Shown here: positions 63,585-64,000 of the stretch, in pieces
Layout: every line of letters begins with the position of its first letter
Numbering within the stretch: position 1 is the first letter of the stretch
Assembly (NCBI RefSeq): GCF_001194135.2
Contig: NC_068984.1
Coordinates: forward strand, 126,270,426 to 126,334,425
Direction of reading: 5' to 3'
DNA from: Octopus bimaculoides
Lineage: Eukaryota
DNA length: 64,000 nucleotides
Program-made: the position numbers and the translations under genes
The notes under the pieces: generated by a model
The model's input: the letters and a program-made list of their open reading frames with translations, nothing else
What the model was told of the DNA's origin: nothing
The model's database searches: none

Positions 63585-63972
63585 TGTGGAGGCGCAATGG
63601 CCCAGTGGTTAGGGCAGCGGACTCGCGGTCATAGGATCGTGGTTTCGATTCCCAGACCGGGCGTTGTGAGTGTTTATTGAGCGAAAACACCTAAAGCTCC
63701 ACGAGTCTCCGGCAAGAGATGGTGGCGAACCCTGCTGTACTCTTCCACCACAACTTTCTCTCACTCTTACTTCCTGTTTCTGTTGTGCCTGTAATTCAAA
63801 GGGTCAGCCTTGTCACACTGTGTCATGCTGAATATCTCCGAGAACTACGTTAAGGGTACACTTGTCTGTGGAGTGCCCAGCCACTTGCACGTTAATTTCA
63901 CGAGCAGGCTGTTCCGTTGATCAGATCAACTGGAACCCTCGACGTCGTAAGTGACGGAGTGCTAACAACAAC
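63585..63972 (+). mobile_element. SINE family C, full length with TSD
   Basis: A/B-box tRNA-like head, (AAC)n tail and 11-bp TSD AATCCTATTCT. Confidence 0.92.
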
Positions 63973-64000
63973 AATCCTATTCTCCACACATTTTACTCTT

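Noticed and set aside
63585-63660. tRNA-like sequences (also at the heads of other SINEs)
   Set aside because: They are SINE heads continuous with SINE bodies, tails and TSDs, not tRNA genes.

Overview
AT-rich eukaryotic draft sequence with N-gaps, dense microsatellites and tRNA-derived SINEs. The repeat landscape suggests an octopus (coleoid cephalopod) genome; this is an inference. Three + strand genes, all encoding mitochondrial proteins, lie consecutively. (1) An intronless TFAM (6850-7656) with an unusually long Lys-rich tail. (2) A complete 7-exon mitochondrial phosphate carrier SLC25A3/PiC (about 17450-30360; 351 aa over 6 coding exons). (3) The first coding exon of IMMP2L (51248-51352, ending in VEGASMQ), which the ORF track misses; its later exons are not visible. 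The rest is mostly transposon debris: hAT, Tigger/pogo, mariner and Tc1-like transposase remnants; four Merlin-type elements (GG-terminal TIRs with 8-9 bp TSDs, or Merlin coding motifs); TTAA-flanked piggyBac-type MITEs; RTE and CR1-like LINE fragments; and at least four SINE families. Penelope-type repeats carry minimal hammerhead ribozymes, including a tandem pair and a second lineage with a non-canonical core. There is no CRISPR array, rRNA or genuine tRNA gene. All coordinates and translations were read by eye with no database searches, so repeat boundaries are approximate.
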